Source: Epithemia pelagica
Taxonomy: Eukaryota; Protista; Bacillariophyta
Direction of reading: 5' to 3'
DNA: 64,000 bases
NCBI GenBank assembly: GCA_946965045.2
Contig: OX337232.1
Span: forward strand, 1,798,001-1,862,000
The notes under the pieces are model-generated. The model ran no database searches. It worked only from the letters and a program-made list of their open reading frames with translations, and was not told where the DNA came from. A program made the translations under genes and the position numbers. Every line of letters begins with the position of its first letter. Within the stretch, counting starts at the first letter, position 1. This document shows positions 45,001-57,956 of the stretch, piece by piece.

Positions 45001-46071
45001 TCACACGCTTGTGACATGAACAGTGTGTCCAGAATATATGTGGTACGTCGATTCTGTAACCAACCACCTTGCCAAATCCTTCCGATCGGTCCTATTGCCA
45101 GGGGGTTGGTGATCCGTCTCTTTGAATGTCGCTAGTCTACGTGTCTTTGTGTTTCTCGTAAATATTGTAGGCCTCACAATAGTTGTTCGTTGGCGAATTG
45201 TCTGATTTTGGTTGAAAATGTCTTCTTGACCTTGATGGTCTTGAACATCATAACGACTGTGGTGACGTGTCGAGCCACCCCAGAAGAGTACTGAATGTAC
45301 CGCCTGTGGAACGATACAGCTCACGTTACTGCCTGAAGACCCCGACGCTGCGCTTGCAGCACGTAAAGTGGCGGTAGAGACAACTACCAATCGGACGTGG
45401 TGAAATGGAGGGTGGACAAGAACCTTCACCAAGGCAGCAGCACACCTTGTTCGGACGTACTCCCTTGCTGCGCGAGAGCTGTTGACACTCCCGATACAGA
45501 TAATGATGGTGTCTGCTCCACTAATTTGCAGTGCTCTGTATAGATCCACTGGCCTCGTCGCGTCACCAACAATCAGCTCTTCACAATGAGCCATACAAAG
45601 TAGCATGTGATCTTCGCTCATCTCTCCCATATCCCGACACAATCCGTAGATTAAAGGTGGGTTCTGAGAATTTGCGAATTGACGTATGCACTCCATTCCA
45701 GTTTTTCCAGCAACACCAAGGATAAGAACTGATCGACGCTCATTGAATTGATATTTTTGTTGTTGCTTACTTCTCAGAGCAGGAAAGCTTCTGGGAGACG
45801 GGGGTGGAGTGCGCACCTGCTGAACGGTGGATTCGTCTCGAGATTGGTTGGTGCTGTCAGATGTCGTTATTGTGTATACACTTTCATTGTCAGTGGCATC
45901 GCCAGTTGCAAACACTTTTCTGGTATGCCGTGCACATGTTCCGGAGGAAGTTTCTTCCGGATGGCCTTCTTCCGTGATTTGACATAGTGGTCTTTGGGAA
46001 ACTGTGAGAGACTCTGCATCGCTGGCAACAAAAGCTGCTCTCCTGTTGATTCGGTCACCTGCCTTGACCAT
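45001..46071 (-). CDS. NAD(P)-binding Rossmann-fold protein (flavin reductase / atypical SDR-like)
   Basis: VLILGVAGKTG, IVGDAT, ADTIIICIG, TIVRPT..T, DRKDLARWLV. Confidence 0.8.
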   Translation of the reverse strand: MVKAGDRINRRAAFVASDAESLTVSQRPLCQITEEGHPEETSSGTCARHTRKVFATGDATDNESVYTITTSDSTNQSRDESTVQQVRTPPPSPRSFPALRSKQQQKYQFNERRSVLILGVAGKTGMECIRQFANSQNPPLIYGLCRDMGEMSEDHMLLCMAHCEELIVGDATRPVDLYRALQISGADTIIICIGSVNSSRAAREYVRTRCAAALVKVLVHPPFHHVRLVVVSTATLRAASAASGSSGSNVSCIVPQAVHSVLFWGGSTRHHSRYDVQDHQGQEDIFNQNQTIRQRTTIVRPTIFTRNTKTRRLATFKETDHQPPGNRTDRKDLARWLVTESTYHIYSGHTVHVTSV

Positions 46072-46524
46072 TTTTGCGTCAGAATGATCTTTGTCTTTGA
46101 TTGATGAAATAAGGCAAATGGATATTCATTTATCTTCTTCGTTCGGTCGTGCCCAGGTTTTGATGTGTGCTTTGGAAAAAAGTATTGGTCCCTACCTATT
46201 CGTACTTCTAAGAAGAAAAGTTTTGACCTCAGATCGGTGAAGGAAGCCCAATCAGAAAACCGCGTACGTTTGGGGGCAAGCGGGGGACGAACGCCGGAGA
46301 ATCATCGAAGGCGCGGCGGACATGTGCGAGCCATCTCCGACCATCTGCTTCTTTCAGCGACGGCCGGTCATGGTCCGTCTGGCGAACGATTTTCGCAAGC
46401 TGGTTTGAGAGGTTCTCTATCTTCTCTTGTTTCTGGTGGGGTGAGATCTGAGGCGCTGTGTTGTCAACGATCCAGCTCACCGATCGTCACCTTGGGTAAG
46501 GGAATGTAACTACAGTATGTCACG

Positions 46525-47963
46525 ATGATAGCGTCGACGGCTCTGTCCCATTCATCAAAGACCTTGCTCCGCAGTTCGTTGCGCAGCAGAAGGCTTCCTG
46601 TTCATTTGGGGTCCATTCGAACCAAAATTTAACTACCAATCTCTCGATAGTGGAAAATCCCATCTGGATGGGCGTTTCTTCGACGTCGCCAAAGTATCGA
46701 AACAAAGTGGTGTTCGGTTAACTGAGTCGGAAATTCTTCTTTTGCGTCGAAAGCTCGACAAATCTGGAAATGAAAATGTGTACGCTGAAGAATTTCGGGC
46801 AGCAGGAAAGGCTGCTTTGGAAAAGCAATGGGCTCGAGAGTTTTGTTTGAGCGCTGTAGAACAGCCGACAACGTGGTTGGATCGATTGGGGACCAAGCTA
46901 CTCATGTTCCTCGACATTGGAGGGAAAACTCTCTTCGCTGTAGTTGGTACCCAAGTTGCAGGTGAAGCCGGCATGAATGTTGTAGGGTGCACTTTGGTTG
47001 GTTGTATTTCATGCTTGGGCGGAGGGACCTTAAACAACTTACTCTATGGAACGTCTGTGCTGTTGGATAGACCTGGAGTGAACTGGGTCCGCAACCCTAC
47101 CGTTTTCTTCTTTGCGGTAGCCGCCTCCATCATCACATTTTACACGTGGCCCTTGCACTGCTTATCCGAGGCTCGCAAAGAACTGCGAGATGTGTTTGGG
47201 CGTGAAAATCTTGAACCTGACGGCAGCGTTGGAAAACAGGCGTTTGTCGATGCCTGTGAGCGGAACCATGGCTTCAAGAAAAGCATTTCAAAGGCTCTCG
47301 AGTTACCTGACACGACTGATCCCAGAATATTGTTTGACTGTGCAGACTCGGATGGATCTGGATTCATTGAAATCAACGAAATGCAAATGCTAGTAGGGAA
47401 TCGCTTCAATGCCTCGTCCACCATGTACGCCCTTGATACCTTAGCCTTGTCAGCCCTGGCAGTGACTGGTGTACATATGGCCATAACTCGGGGGTTGAAC
47501 CCCTTTTTGGCTGCCACTTCTGGTGTAACTATTTGTTTTGGTGGAATATTACGTGACGTGTTGTGCGGACGCCATTTGGCCGTCGGTGGACAGTCCTATG
47601 GTGAGTAGCAATGAGAATCCGAGAATTGATATTGTGTGTACGAGAATACACGCATCGTCTTACCCTAATGCTCAATTGTAAGCCATGGCAACGGGTGCTG
47701 GATCTACGATATACGTGCTTTTGCGCGAACTGAGTCTCAAAGGATTTCCCATCCCATTGATTGCCCGAATCTTGCTGTCGGCCGGAACCACAATATCGGT
47801 GCGCGTATGGGAATTTGTGAGACACGAACCCCTGTTACTTCCGATACACTTCCACATGGATGGAAATGAATCGATTCCAAATCCAAAAGACATGCAAACA
47901 ACACCCCCGCAGCAATCATCTGTTCAGCAATGGTCGATGACAACTGAAACTCCCAAGCAATAG
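46525..47963 (+). CDS. UPF0126/TRIC (glycine transporter-like) membrane protein with EF-hand insertion; intron 47601-47682; apparent frameshift at ~46624-46627
   Basis: Two UPF0126-like halves (LDIGGKTLFAVVG...CLGGGTLNNLL; LDTLALSALAVTG...CFGGILRDVLCG). EF loop DSDGSGFIEINE between them. The only nearby upstream ATG (46525) needs removal of one A. Confidence 0.8.
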
Positions 47964-48556
47964 AAAGCTAAATTAGACGACACAGGGAGAGGATACGACA
48001 TACGACTCTGCTGAAGTTAGATCGCAAGAGATCGTGCGTAAAGGAGCTAAGCACACTGCTTTCAGTCTTTGTATTCTGTTAAACATTTGCCATCTCCTTG
48101 AATCATTGTGGTAACCTTTAAACTTGACAAAATCCAACCCATCCTGTCTTTTTCTATCCATTGTCCATTGAGGAAAAGCCGCGGAACAGTCGCAAGAATG
48201 CCGCCTTAGCATTTTTTTCTCAAGAAGACTAAATACTTAATTTTTTCCACTACCTAGCTACATAGTTAGAGTAGATAGTTAGAGTAGAGAGCTAGAGAGA
48301 AGATGTAGCTAGTAGACGATTACGGCCTTTAAGCGAAAGAAGCATGGATTTTCTTATTAGATGTCTCTAACTCCTTTTTGTTTCGATAGATTTCTCAGGC
48401 AGCATGAGAGATACGGATATCTTTGAGAACATCGCGGAAAGATTCATAGAAAGTCTGAAAGTCTTCCTGTTCGCCTTTACGTCGTCGCACCAAAAAAAAA
48501 AAAAAATCCATCTCTCTGCATTTCCAGTCTCAACCGTACAGCAAACGTATTTGAAG

Positions 48557-51500
48557 ATGAGCGGCGTTGCAACCAAGGACGCAGGGCAACTTCGCCCTGG
48601 TGGCATTGTTCATGTCGACGACTTTGGGCCCGAAGAAAAGGTCTTTTTGACTGCGTCAACGTTGGTTGTCGTCGTTGTTGGAGCCTCGGGAGATCTTGCC
48701 AAAAAGAAAACGTATCCAAGTTTGCTCAACTTGTACGACGATAACTTACTTCCCAAAAATGTGATAATCTATGGATTTGCTCGTTCGAAGCTTACCGACA
48801 ATGATTTGCGCGATCGATTGCGACCCTATCTGGCCAAAACGGAGCATTCCTCCGAGGTTGTGGAGCAATTTTTGTCGCTGTGCTACTATCAAGGAGGCAG
48901 CTCCTACGGTGATCTGAATGCCTTTGAAGAACTCAAGACTAGAATTGAAACCTACGAACAAGAAAAAGCTGATGGAATGACACAGTTCAATCGTTTGTTT
49001 TATTTTGCCATTCCACCAAATGTGTTTGCCGAAACTGCACTGGCCATAAAGCAAAAGACCATGCAAGATGAGGCCAAAGGTTGGACGCGCCTGATTGTTG
49101 AAAAGCCATTTGGCCGTGATCTTGAATCGTTCGAAGATCTGAACAAGACACTTTCACAGCACTTCACTGAGGACCACCTCTATCGAATTGACCACTACCT
49201 TGGCAAGGAAATGGTCCAAAACCTCACAGTGATCCGTTTCTCGAACGTCTGGTTCGAACGTGTGTGGAACGCCGAGAACATCAAATGCATTATTCTCACC
49301 TTCAAGGAACCGTTCGGTACAGAAGGACGTGGAGGATATTTCGACAAATATGGAATCATTCGAGACATTCTACAAAATCATCTACTCCAGGTTCTTACGC
49401 TTCTTGCCATGGAAACACCGACGGTTTTGGAAGGTCCTGGTGCGAGTAAAGCCATCCGCGATGCCAAAGTAGCAGTGTTGAATGCGATTGAACCGATTCG
49501 TCTGGAAGATGTTGTTCTTGGTAAGTCAAAGGATAAGTCAACAGCTCGAATTCTTGTCCACACTTCTCAACTCCGAATATTATGACGTTCAGGGCAGTAT
49601 GAAGGTTACGCAGACGACCCGTCCATTGAAAATAAAGACACCAATACGCCAACGTTTGCCACTATCCAGCTTCGTGTCCGCAGTCCTCGTTGGAATGGTG
49701 TCCCATTCATCATGAAGGCCGGGTAAGTGAAACTGTGGTATAACAGCTGTGTTTGTGGAAACAACTTTCTCAGCTTTACTTTCCATCCTACAGGAAAGCG
49801 TTGAATGAGCGCAAGGCAGAAATGCGTATTCAGTTCAAAGATGCTCCAGCTGCCGATTTTTTGTTTGCTGGAACAGCTACCCCTCGTAACGAACTTGGTA
49901 AGATGACCAAAAGATTTCATCATCACTAAACAACAAATGCATGGGACCCACACCAATATATCTTGTTGCCTATTGAACAGTTATGAGAATGCAACCCAGT
50001 GAGGCAGTTTATATGAAAACCAATGTCAAAAGTCCTGGATTCACTGCCAAGCCCATTCAGTCGGAGTTGGAAGTTAACTACGATACTCGGTTCTTTGCCC
50101 ACGAGAAAGGATCCAACCCGGATGCCTACACAAGGCTGATCTTGGACGTTCTTCATGGGAAGCATGCGGCATTTGTTCGAGATGATGAGCTTCGAAGAGC
50201 CTGGGAAATTTTTACTCCTCTCCTTCACAAGATCGAACAAGGAGGAGTTCGTCCACTTACCTACCCACAGGGAAGCCGAGGACCACCAGAGTCGGACAAA
50301 TTCATTGAAGAGAAGGCGGGGTACGTTCGCAACGAAGACTATGTCTTTTACGAAGGCAATGTTGCACGGAAAAGTGAAGGAATACCAACCAAACAGGAAG
50401 CGACAAAGGAAATATCTCAAGTGTACCCTGAAGACGAACTTTGTGACGTTGGACTTTTTGGCCTGGCAGTAATGGGCCAGAACTTTGCATTGAACATGGC
50501 TGAACACGGGTTCAAAGTGTGTGTTGGGAATCGGTCTCCTGTGAAGGTTGAGGTAACGGTGAAACGAGCCCAAGAGGAGGGGAACCTCCCACTCGTTGGG
50601 GCGAAAGACCCCAAAGATCTCATTGCAAGACTTAAGACACCTCGCAAGATCATTATCCTTGTACAGGCGGGAAAACCTGTGGACGATACAATCTCGACTC
50701 TTGCACGTTTCATGGAAGCTGGTGATGTTATCATTGATGGGGGAAATGAGTGGTTTCCGAACAGCATTCGTCGGGCAAAGTTCTTGGAACCGAGAGGAAT
50801 ACATTTCATTGGAATGGGTATTAGTGGTGGCGAAGAAGGGGTACGTTTCTACACGATGTTAGCCTTCTGTGTGAGCTTTATAAAGATCCGCATCACTAAC
50901 TTTTACATTGCGATACAGGCACGGCATGGACCGTCGTTGATGCCAGGAGGTCCCAGAAAGGCATATGACTTGGTAGAACCAATCTTGAAGAAGTGTGCGG
51001 CCCAAGTTGAAAAGACAGGGTCTTGCGCTGGGTATCTTGGTCCTGTAGGTGCAGGAAACTATGTGAAAATGGTACACAATGGTATCGAGTACGGCGATAT
51101 GCAGTTAATTGCAGAGGTTTATGATATTCTGAAGAATGTGCTCAAAATGTCTAACGAAGAGATGGCAGATGTATTTGATGAGTGGAATAAGGGAGAACTC
51201 TCGTCTTACTTGATTGAGATAACATCAAAAATTCTTCGGAAGAAAGATGATGAAAACAACGACGAATATGTTGTTGACTATGTTCTGGATAAGACCGGCA
51301 TGAAAGGAACTGGAAAGTGGACAGTGCAAGAGGCAGCGGAAAAGGGCGTAGTAAGTTCAACTAGGTAGCTGGTGAGAAGGACATTCAGCAATTTCTCACA
51401 TACATCTGTTTTCTGGTTATGCGTTTCTGTCATCCTCACAGGCTGCTCCAACCATGGCCGCAGCATTGGATGTTCGAATGTTATCTGCAAGGAAAGAAGA

Positions 51501-52089
51501 ACGAGTCGAGGCGGAAAAAATACTTTCAGGACCAACCGAAATAGGAGAAGGAATAGAGAAAGAAAAAGTTATACACGATTTGGGTGCGGCTCTCTACGCT
51601 GCAAAGATTTGTTCTTACGCACAAGGGTTGAGCTTGATCAGGGCAGCATCTGATGAACACAAGTGGAATGTTGACCTTTCTGAATGTGCGCGACTTTGGA
51701 CAGGCGGATGCATTATTCGTGCGAAACTGCTTGATACTATTCAGAGGGCTTTTTCTGAGAACCCCACATTGTCTAATCTTTTGGTGGACAAAGATATATC
51801 GAGGGATCTTAACGAACGATGTGCTTCATGGCGTCGTATTGTTAGCCTCTGTGTGACAAGCGGAATTGGTTGCCCGTCGCTTTGTGGTAGCTTGACATAC
51901 TTTGATACCTATCGACGAGGTCGTCTACCGGCAAATCTCACACAAGCTCAGCGCGACTTTTTTGGCGGACACACGTATGAGCGTGTTGACCGTGATGGGC
52001 GTTTTCACACAGCTTGGACTGACGCACACATGGATATCGGAGATACAAACCTCCGTACGGCGGGAGAAAACCTCCAGACTACCAATTGA
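48557..52089 (+). CDS. G6PD-6PGD: Fused glucose-6-phosphate dehydrogenase::6-phosphogluconate dehydrogenase; exons 48557-49520, 49593-49722, 49794-49897, 49981-50840, 50919-51350, 51442-52089
   Basis: [38 protein letters not shown] continue without a stop into [37 protein letters not shown]. Confidence 0.96.
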
Positions 52090-52363
52090 TGTACGTTTCT
52101 GGTTCCGCATTTTATGGAGTCCCATTGGTTGACATACCAGAGACAGCATATTACCATGTGTACAGTAAGTGTCCCATGGGTTGAAGATTGATTTGAAAGT
52201 TGAAAGACTACGTTTTGTGGTTTAACAATAGAAAGACTTTTTTATTCCGAAATAAGATTAGTCATGTCACTCTGACAAGTGAAAGACTTCACCTTCGAAA
52301 GCTTTTTAGCATGTGGGTTGCGATTTTCGCCCCGCCCATGCGCGATATGAACGATTGTTGCAA

Positions 52364-53764
52364 TTAACTCCAATGGTCTTTAGGTGCACGCTCGCTTCTG
52401 GTCGTGTCGGTCTCATTATGAGTGGGTTCGAGGTGCTCAGTGTGCCTGTCATCCTGATTTTGTTGCGTTGACGTTGACTGGTGGGTATCCGAGTACATCG
52501 CCATCGGTCCAAGAACCTCATTGATTCTGTCGAGAAAAGGGTCGACTTCAGTTTGTTGCTGTTGTATGGATGGGCCCAGATGATGGTATTGACGCGAAAG
52601 ATCGACGTTACTCTGTGTATGTGCAATGTCTCTCCGTTCCTGTGAAGAAACATGCGAACCGGGCCGAAACGAAGATAGATCTGAAGCTGCTAAGTTTTCA
52701 GGTACTTGAACTCTCATTCTTCGATCATTTAATGTCGCAGTCCTCGTGGCATGTTGATCATAATTTGTGCCATAAGCTCCTTGCGAAAGTGCTATCCCGC
52801 TCACTTCCGGTGCCCCAATATGCGACCCTGGGTGAAAGGAAGGCAGATTTGGATCGTCTGAGTTTTCGGGTTGTTGAGCTCTGATATGCTTATAGGAAGT
52901 TTCTGTGTTTGAATCATTTTCCGCTCTATCTTCGGGGAACATTGAGGCCACTGAAACGTTAAGTTGGGAACTGCTTCCACTGAACGGGTGTTGAGTGGCT
53001 CTTGACGGAAAGAAGCCAGGTTGCATTTCGGCTTGGTGATGATCAAGTCCAATACCAAGATGACGGGAAGCTGCTTCTAGATTTCGATAGATTGCACCCT
53101 CATTGCGTGGATCAGCATGATCACTCACAGCAAAATTCTGTTGTTGTCGCAGGTGACTTGAGTCCCTAACGACAAAGGGAGGGATGTCTGAAGCTTTGTC
53201 CTGGCGTGTGTAGCTAGATTGAGAAGAAGGCCACTGTTTGATTTCCTTCTTTGCCAGTTTCTTTCCTTGCCTTCTTGCTTCATTTGAGTTCACCGCGTCT
53301 CGAACGGCGTGTGCGATTTTCTCCTTTGCTTGTTGGTCAGAGAGCTCAAACCATTGCCCTTTTTCTTCATGTTTCTTCAAAAACCTTCCACCCCTTGTGC
53401 GGATGCCGTCAAAAATTGATAAAATGAGCAACGATTTCTCAACCCGAGTCTCTGCTCTGCTGTAGTCCTCCAGAGAATTTGTTATGGTTTCCCGAAATCG
53501 TTTGTTGCCGACTGTTGTCTCCTATCAGACATGAATATTGATACTGGCACCTGCCAAACTCAAAACAGAACACTTACCATGGTTGAACGACTCTTTCCCT
53601 CTTCCACAAAGAACATCATGTGGTCCAATTCCGGTCCTAGAATCTGGCAGTTGAATTCTTTCTTCTTCTGGTGCTGATATCGGAGTGGACAGACCATACT
53701 CATCGGGAGCGGAACGGATCATCATCCTTTCAATTTTCCTCTGCCCTTCAGGCTTCTGAGCCAT
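52364..53764 (-). CDS. DUF6824-type protein (diatom-expanded family); exons 53764-53578, 53511-52364
   Basis: PHDVLCGRG...NH|VGNKRFR...GGRFLK...W.ELSD..AKEKIAHAVRD followed by a low-complexity tail. Confidence 0.85.
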
Positions 53765-55020
53765 GGGCGAACAAGAGCGAGCATACGCACCTTTGAACCA
53801 CACCTACTCTTGCGCTCACGCACACAATTCCATGAAAAGGTGGCAACAGTGATACGTTTTGTGGTGGTGTGTAAGAAATGAAGAGGTTGAGAAACCTTTC
53901 CTTTTGGTTCGATCATTGGTGTCTGATGTCGTGCATCAATGATCAAGCACACAAATAATTGAAAATGCCATCTTTATGTTTTTCGGTATCTGGTCCAACA
54001 AAAAAATCAGACACGCAAGACAAGACAACCCATACAGAACGGAACTTTAATTGGAATACTTTCTACGAACAGTAAGTAGTGTAGAAAATGACGAAGGGCT
54101 ATAGACCAAGGATCGGATGCAGGAATGAATTAAAGAAGTTAATACCTATGCCTTATGCCTGATACACTAATTACGTATAATAGAAATAATTCCCCATGAG
54201 AGTACTACGTACGGGTAACGGGTATTACTATCAATGTTTCATCTTGCTTCCGGCCTACCACCTGCGACTACCTGCTACAGCGCTATAGACTATTGAGTAA
54301 TCCTTGAAGACGGCAAGCTGCAAGAGTACTATCCAGTGCAATTCGCATTGGTACTTCGTACTGTACGACTAGGGTGTTGGTATTGGTATGCAGTGGTAGC
54401 CATGGTTCATGGGACATACGAGTTACGTATCTGCTGTCTAGCTAGAGGAATACAATACTCCAAGCTACCTGGATCATGGAGCATTTCCCACCTAGATTGC
54501 TGATATTCACCTTGATCAACAGGACGTTCACCGCTCACTGCTATTATCGACCGAAGCACCATAAAGACAACCTAGAAGTTACTGACATTTACGATTACTT
54601 GGGACTTGGGACATTGGAATTGGATTGGGCGCTTGGAAGCTCCTTCAATGCACTTTACGAATTACCAATAATAATTATATTCCCAATCCAGCCCTACCAA
54701 GTTCCAACATTTCCCAAAACGAACCTTGACCTCAAGCCGGCTCTTGGTTCCGACCCAAGAGCCAGGGACACCCGGTACTTTGGTAGCAGCTTGGACTTTT
54801 CCGCTTTCGTGGTAGTCTCCTAAATTGGTACAGTGTGAATTTAGCGATCTCTTACAACACAATAAGTTAACTACTTAGCAACAATTTCCGTTGACTTTAT
54901 TGATAATTAAGTATTTTGATCTTGAAATAAGATCAAAATTGCTTTCTGACGTTAAATTAGGGTTTAAACAATGAATGTTTTCGAGTCCGCAAGTCAGAGC
55001 CACGTGTGGCTTTGATGTAA

Positions 55021-55129
55021 CGTCGAAACCAGAGTCGAAACCACGTCGAAACCAAGTCGAAACCACTGGACACCAACTCGAAACCACTGGACACCAACTC
55101 GAAACAAGTGGAAACAAGTGGACACCAAC
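55021..55129. repeat. 11-bp satellite array (CCAACTCGAAA variants), left part
   Basis: gtcgaaacca / ctcgaaaccactgg / gacaccaac units. Confidence 0.9.
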
Positions 55130-56361
55130 CAGGGTATTGAAGTCATACCGGTTGACTTTTGACTTCATGACTTTAAGTCATAACTTTTGACTTTTTTACA
55201 AAATCAAGTCAAAGTCACGTCCCTTTGGTACGACTTTTCTGAACGAATTCAAATCAACCTATATTTTGTACGATTTTTTCTCTGAAGTCAAAGTCAAATC
55301 CAAGTCACTCTATCTAGGAACGAACTTTTTTCATACCAAAATCATTGACTTTTGGGGGGTTTTCTCGCTCAAAATCAAATCCAAAGTCACGACATTTTTT
55401 GAATGACTTATCATCCAAAGTCAAGTCACCGTGCCTCATTTACTGACTTCTTTACAGAGAAGTCAAGTCACGGGCGTCTTTCCCCACTGACTTGGAGTCA
55501 GTCCACGCAATATCAGTACTAACTTTCCCTATACTGCCCTTCCCTACGACTAGAAACTAGAGATCGACGAATAGGTAGTTTCCCTGGCATCTTTATTGCA
55601 CAGCAAATTGCAGCGGCACATCTTTTCTGGCCAGTCTCTTGTTGCTCATTCATCTCAAGCATTGAGACCAGAGTATGATTCCTGGTGAGATCACTCAACC
55701 CAGATCGACGACAGCCAGCATATCATCACTCTCTCCCATGTCTGAAACAACCAATGGCCGTACCAGCAATGATGGTGAATGTATGACGAACACCAACAAC
55801 AACAATCCATCCACCACTAATCCAAACCAAGACACTGCTGCTCCGATGAATCAAGAACAACCCATTGCTCCTTCGAACGACAACCCAGCTAGAGCCCGTA
55901 CAAATGAAGGAGCTCAAAGTCATGACTTAAGTCATACAAAAAGTCTGACTTTTGTCTTGACTTAAGTCAAACGAAGGTTGAAAAAGTCAGGAGAAAAGTT
56001 AAGTCATGGGGGTATCTTGACTTTGCATCGTGGACGAAGTCAAGTCAATAAGGTGCTTGACTTGACTTTTGTTGAATAGTCAAGTCATGAGATGAGAATG
56101 TATGACTAAGTCAGATGAAGTTAAGTCATGAGTGGGGCGCGCGTGACAAGAAAAGTCAAAGTTAAGTCGTTGTGAAATTATCAATGGCTTAAAGTCAGAA
56201 GTTAAGTTGGGGTAATGATTTGTATGATTATTAGTTAGACATTGAAATCAAGGGTACTGTTATGATGACTTTGGAATGGAAGTTAAGTTCGTATGAAAGA
56301 AAAATCTGACTTAAAGTTAGAAGTCAAAGTCACAACTGGATTTCATAACTTCAATACCCTG
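55130..56361. mobile_element. Non-autonomous hAT-like DNA transposon (1232 bp)
   Basis: Imperfect ~50-bp TIRs starting CAGGGTATTGAAGT. 8-bp TSD ACACCAAC at 55122-55129 and 56362-56369. More than 25 subterminal AAGTCA/TGACTT motifs. No transposase. Confidence 0.88.
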
Positions 56362-56420
56362 ACACCAACTCGAAACCAACTCGAAACCAACTCGAAACCA
56401 ACTCGAAACCAACTCGAAAC
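56362..56420. repeat. 11-bp satellite array, continuation after the hAT insertion
   Basis: (CCAACTCGAAA)x5. Confidence 0.92.
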
Positions 56421-56687
56421 CTACATACGAGCTCCACCTCCAACCACACCATGGTGAGGAGGCGCTAGCACAACAATCAACCTCTTTGAATATGAACAGC
56501 TACTATTATAGAACATCTACCTAGCTTTGTACATGCTTGTATGTGTCGTAGGTCGTAGGCAATCGTTTCGTTCATCTTCACCATCCTGCATCGATCCATT
56601 TGTCTTCGTTGGTTGTTGTTTCAACGTCCATTAAGGTTTAAAAGGGGCTCTCGTTGACATTGCACCCAGCGACAAAGGTTCCAACGG

Positions 56688-57352
56688 GGGAGTTGATTGT
56701 TGAGTAAGGTGTTGTTGCGTTTGGTGTCAGATTGTTATCGTTGTTTTCTACGAGTGCTGTAGTTGTTGTTCGTTTGGTGGTAGCCAGTAGTTGATTGTCG
56801 CATTGGGGCTGTTGGGGCACAGCCATTTTCCGTCCAGTCGTTGTCCTTGTCGCCGCTAGTCATTGTCGCCGCTTGCTGTCGTTGTCGTCGTTGGGTTTGT
56901 CGTTGTCGCCGCTAGTCGCTTGCTGTTGTTGTCGTTGCTGCGACAGTCCTTGTTGTCGCAACGTCGTCTCCATCACCACTACTGCTTCCTCCATCCAAAA
57001 CCACCATTCTTCCCTGGGAGTTGATTGTTGAGTAAGGTGTTGTTGCGTTTGGTGTTGTCGCAGCATCAGACTGTTGTCGTTGTTATCTCCGAGTGGTGTA
57101 GTTGTTGTTGTTCGTTTGGTGGTAGCCAGTAGTTGATTGTCGCATTGGGGCTGTTGGGGCACAGCCATTTTCCGTCCAGTCGTTCCGTTGTCGCCGCTAG
57201 TTGTTGTCGCCGCTTGCTGTCGTTGTCGTTGTCGCCGCTAGTCACTTGCTGTTGTTGTCGTTGCTGCGACAGTCCTTGTCGTCGCTACGTCGTCGCCATC
57301 ACCACTACTGCTTCCTTGACACTTCCTCCATCCAAAACCACCATTCTTCCCT
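56688..57352. repeat. Tandem duplication of ~330 bp (56688-57015 / 57016-57352), GTT/GTC-rich
   Basis: Both copies start gggagttgattgttgagtaagg and end cttcctccatccaaaaccaccattcttccct, with internal indels. Confidence 0.9.
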
Positions 57353-57956
57353 CCCATGTCCTGTCCTCTTGTACGGACTGGGAAACTTCCGGTTCGGACA
57401 ATGTGACGGTGGCCGATGCCATGGAGTTTGTCCAAACGTGCTTTCGGGCACAAAACGACAACAACGACGCTCGAATACTCACAGCCGATACCGTAGCCAA
57501 AGCCATGGGTGCCGTGAAACGTCTCGATCAGATTGTCGAGTGTGTGAAACAAGAGAACCTAGCAGAGACCATCCGCCTCCTCCCATCGACCCATTCGACG
57601 AGGATTGTCCGTCGATATTCAACCCTATGATTTCTATACACCACCACCCTCGTCAAGGCTATCGATTGATTGTTGCGTATGGCGTTGTTGTTGTTGTCGT
57701 TGTCGCCGTCTGATTGCCGCGTTTCCATTTCCCGTTCACTGTCGTTCGATAGGACCAGCAGTAGGAGGGTAGGAAGACGAGAAGGCCATAGCCGAGACAT
57801 GCGTATCATCTTGTTGCATCCATGGTGCTTGTTGTTGTTGTTCGGGAGGTCGTTGTTTGTTGCTTCCTCGTTGTTGTTGGTTCCATAGTTGTTGGGTCAA
57901 AACGATCCGTCTGTTGCGCGACATGGTTGATTATTGCGTTCGCAGTTTGTAGAGGG

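Noticed and set aside
46165-46509. Overlapping short ORFs on both strands
   Set aside because: They sit in the divergent promoter between the Rossmann-fold and TRIC genes, with no motif support.
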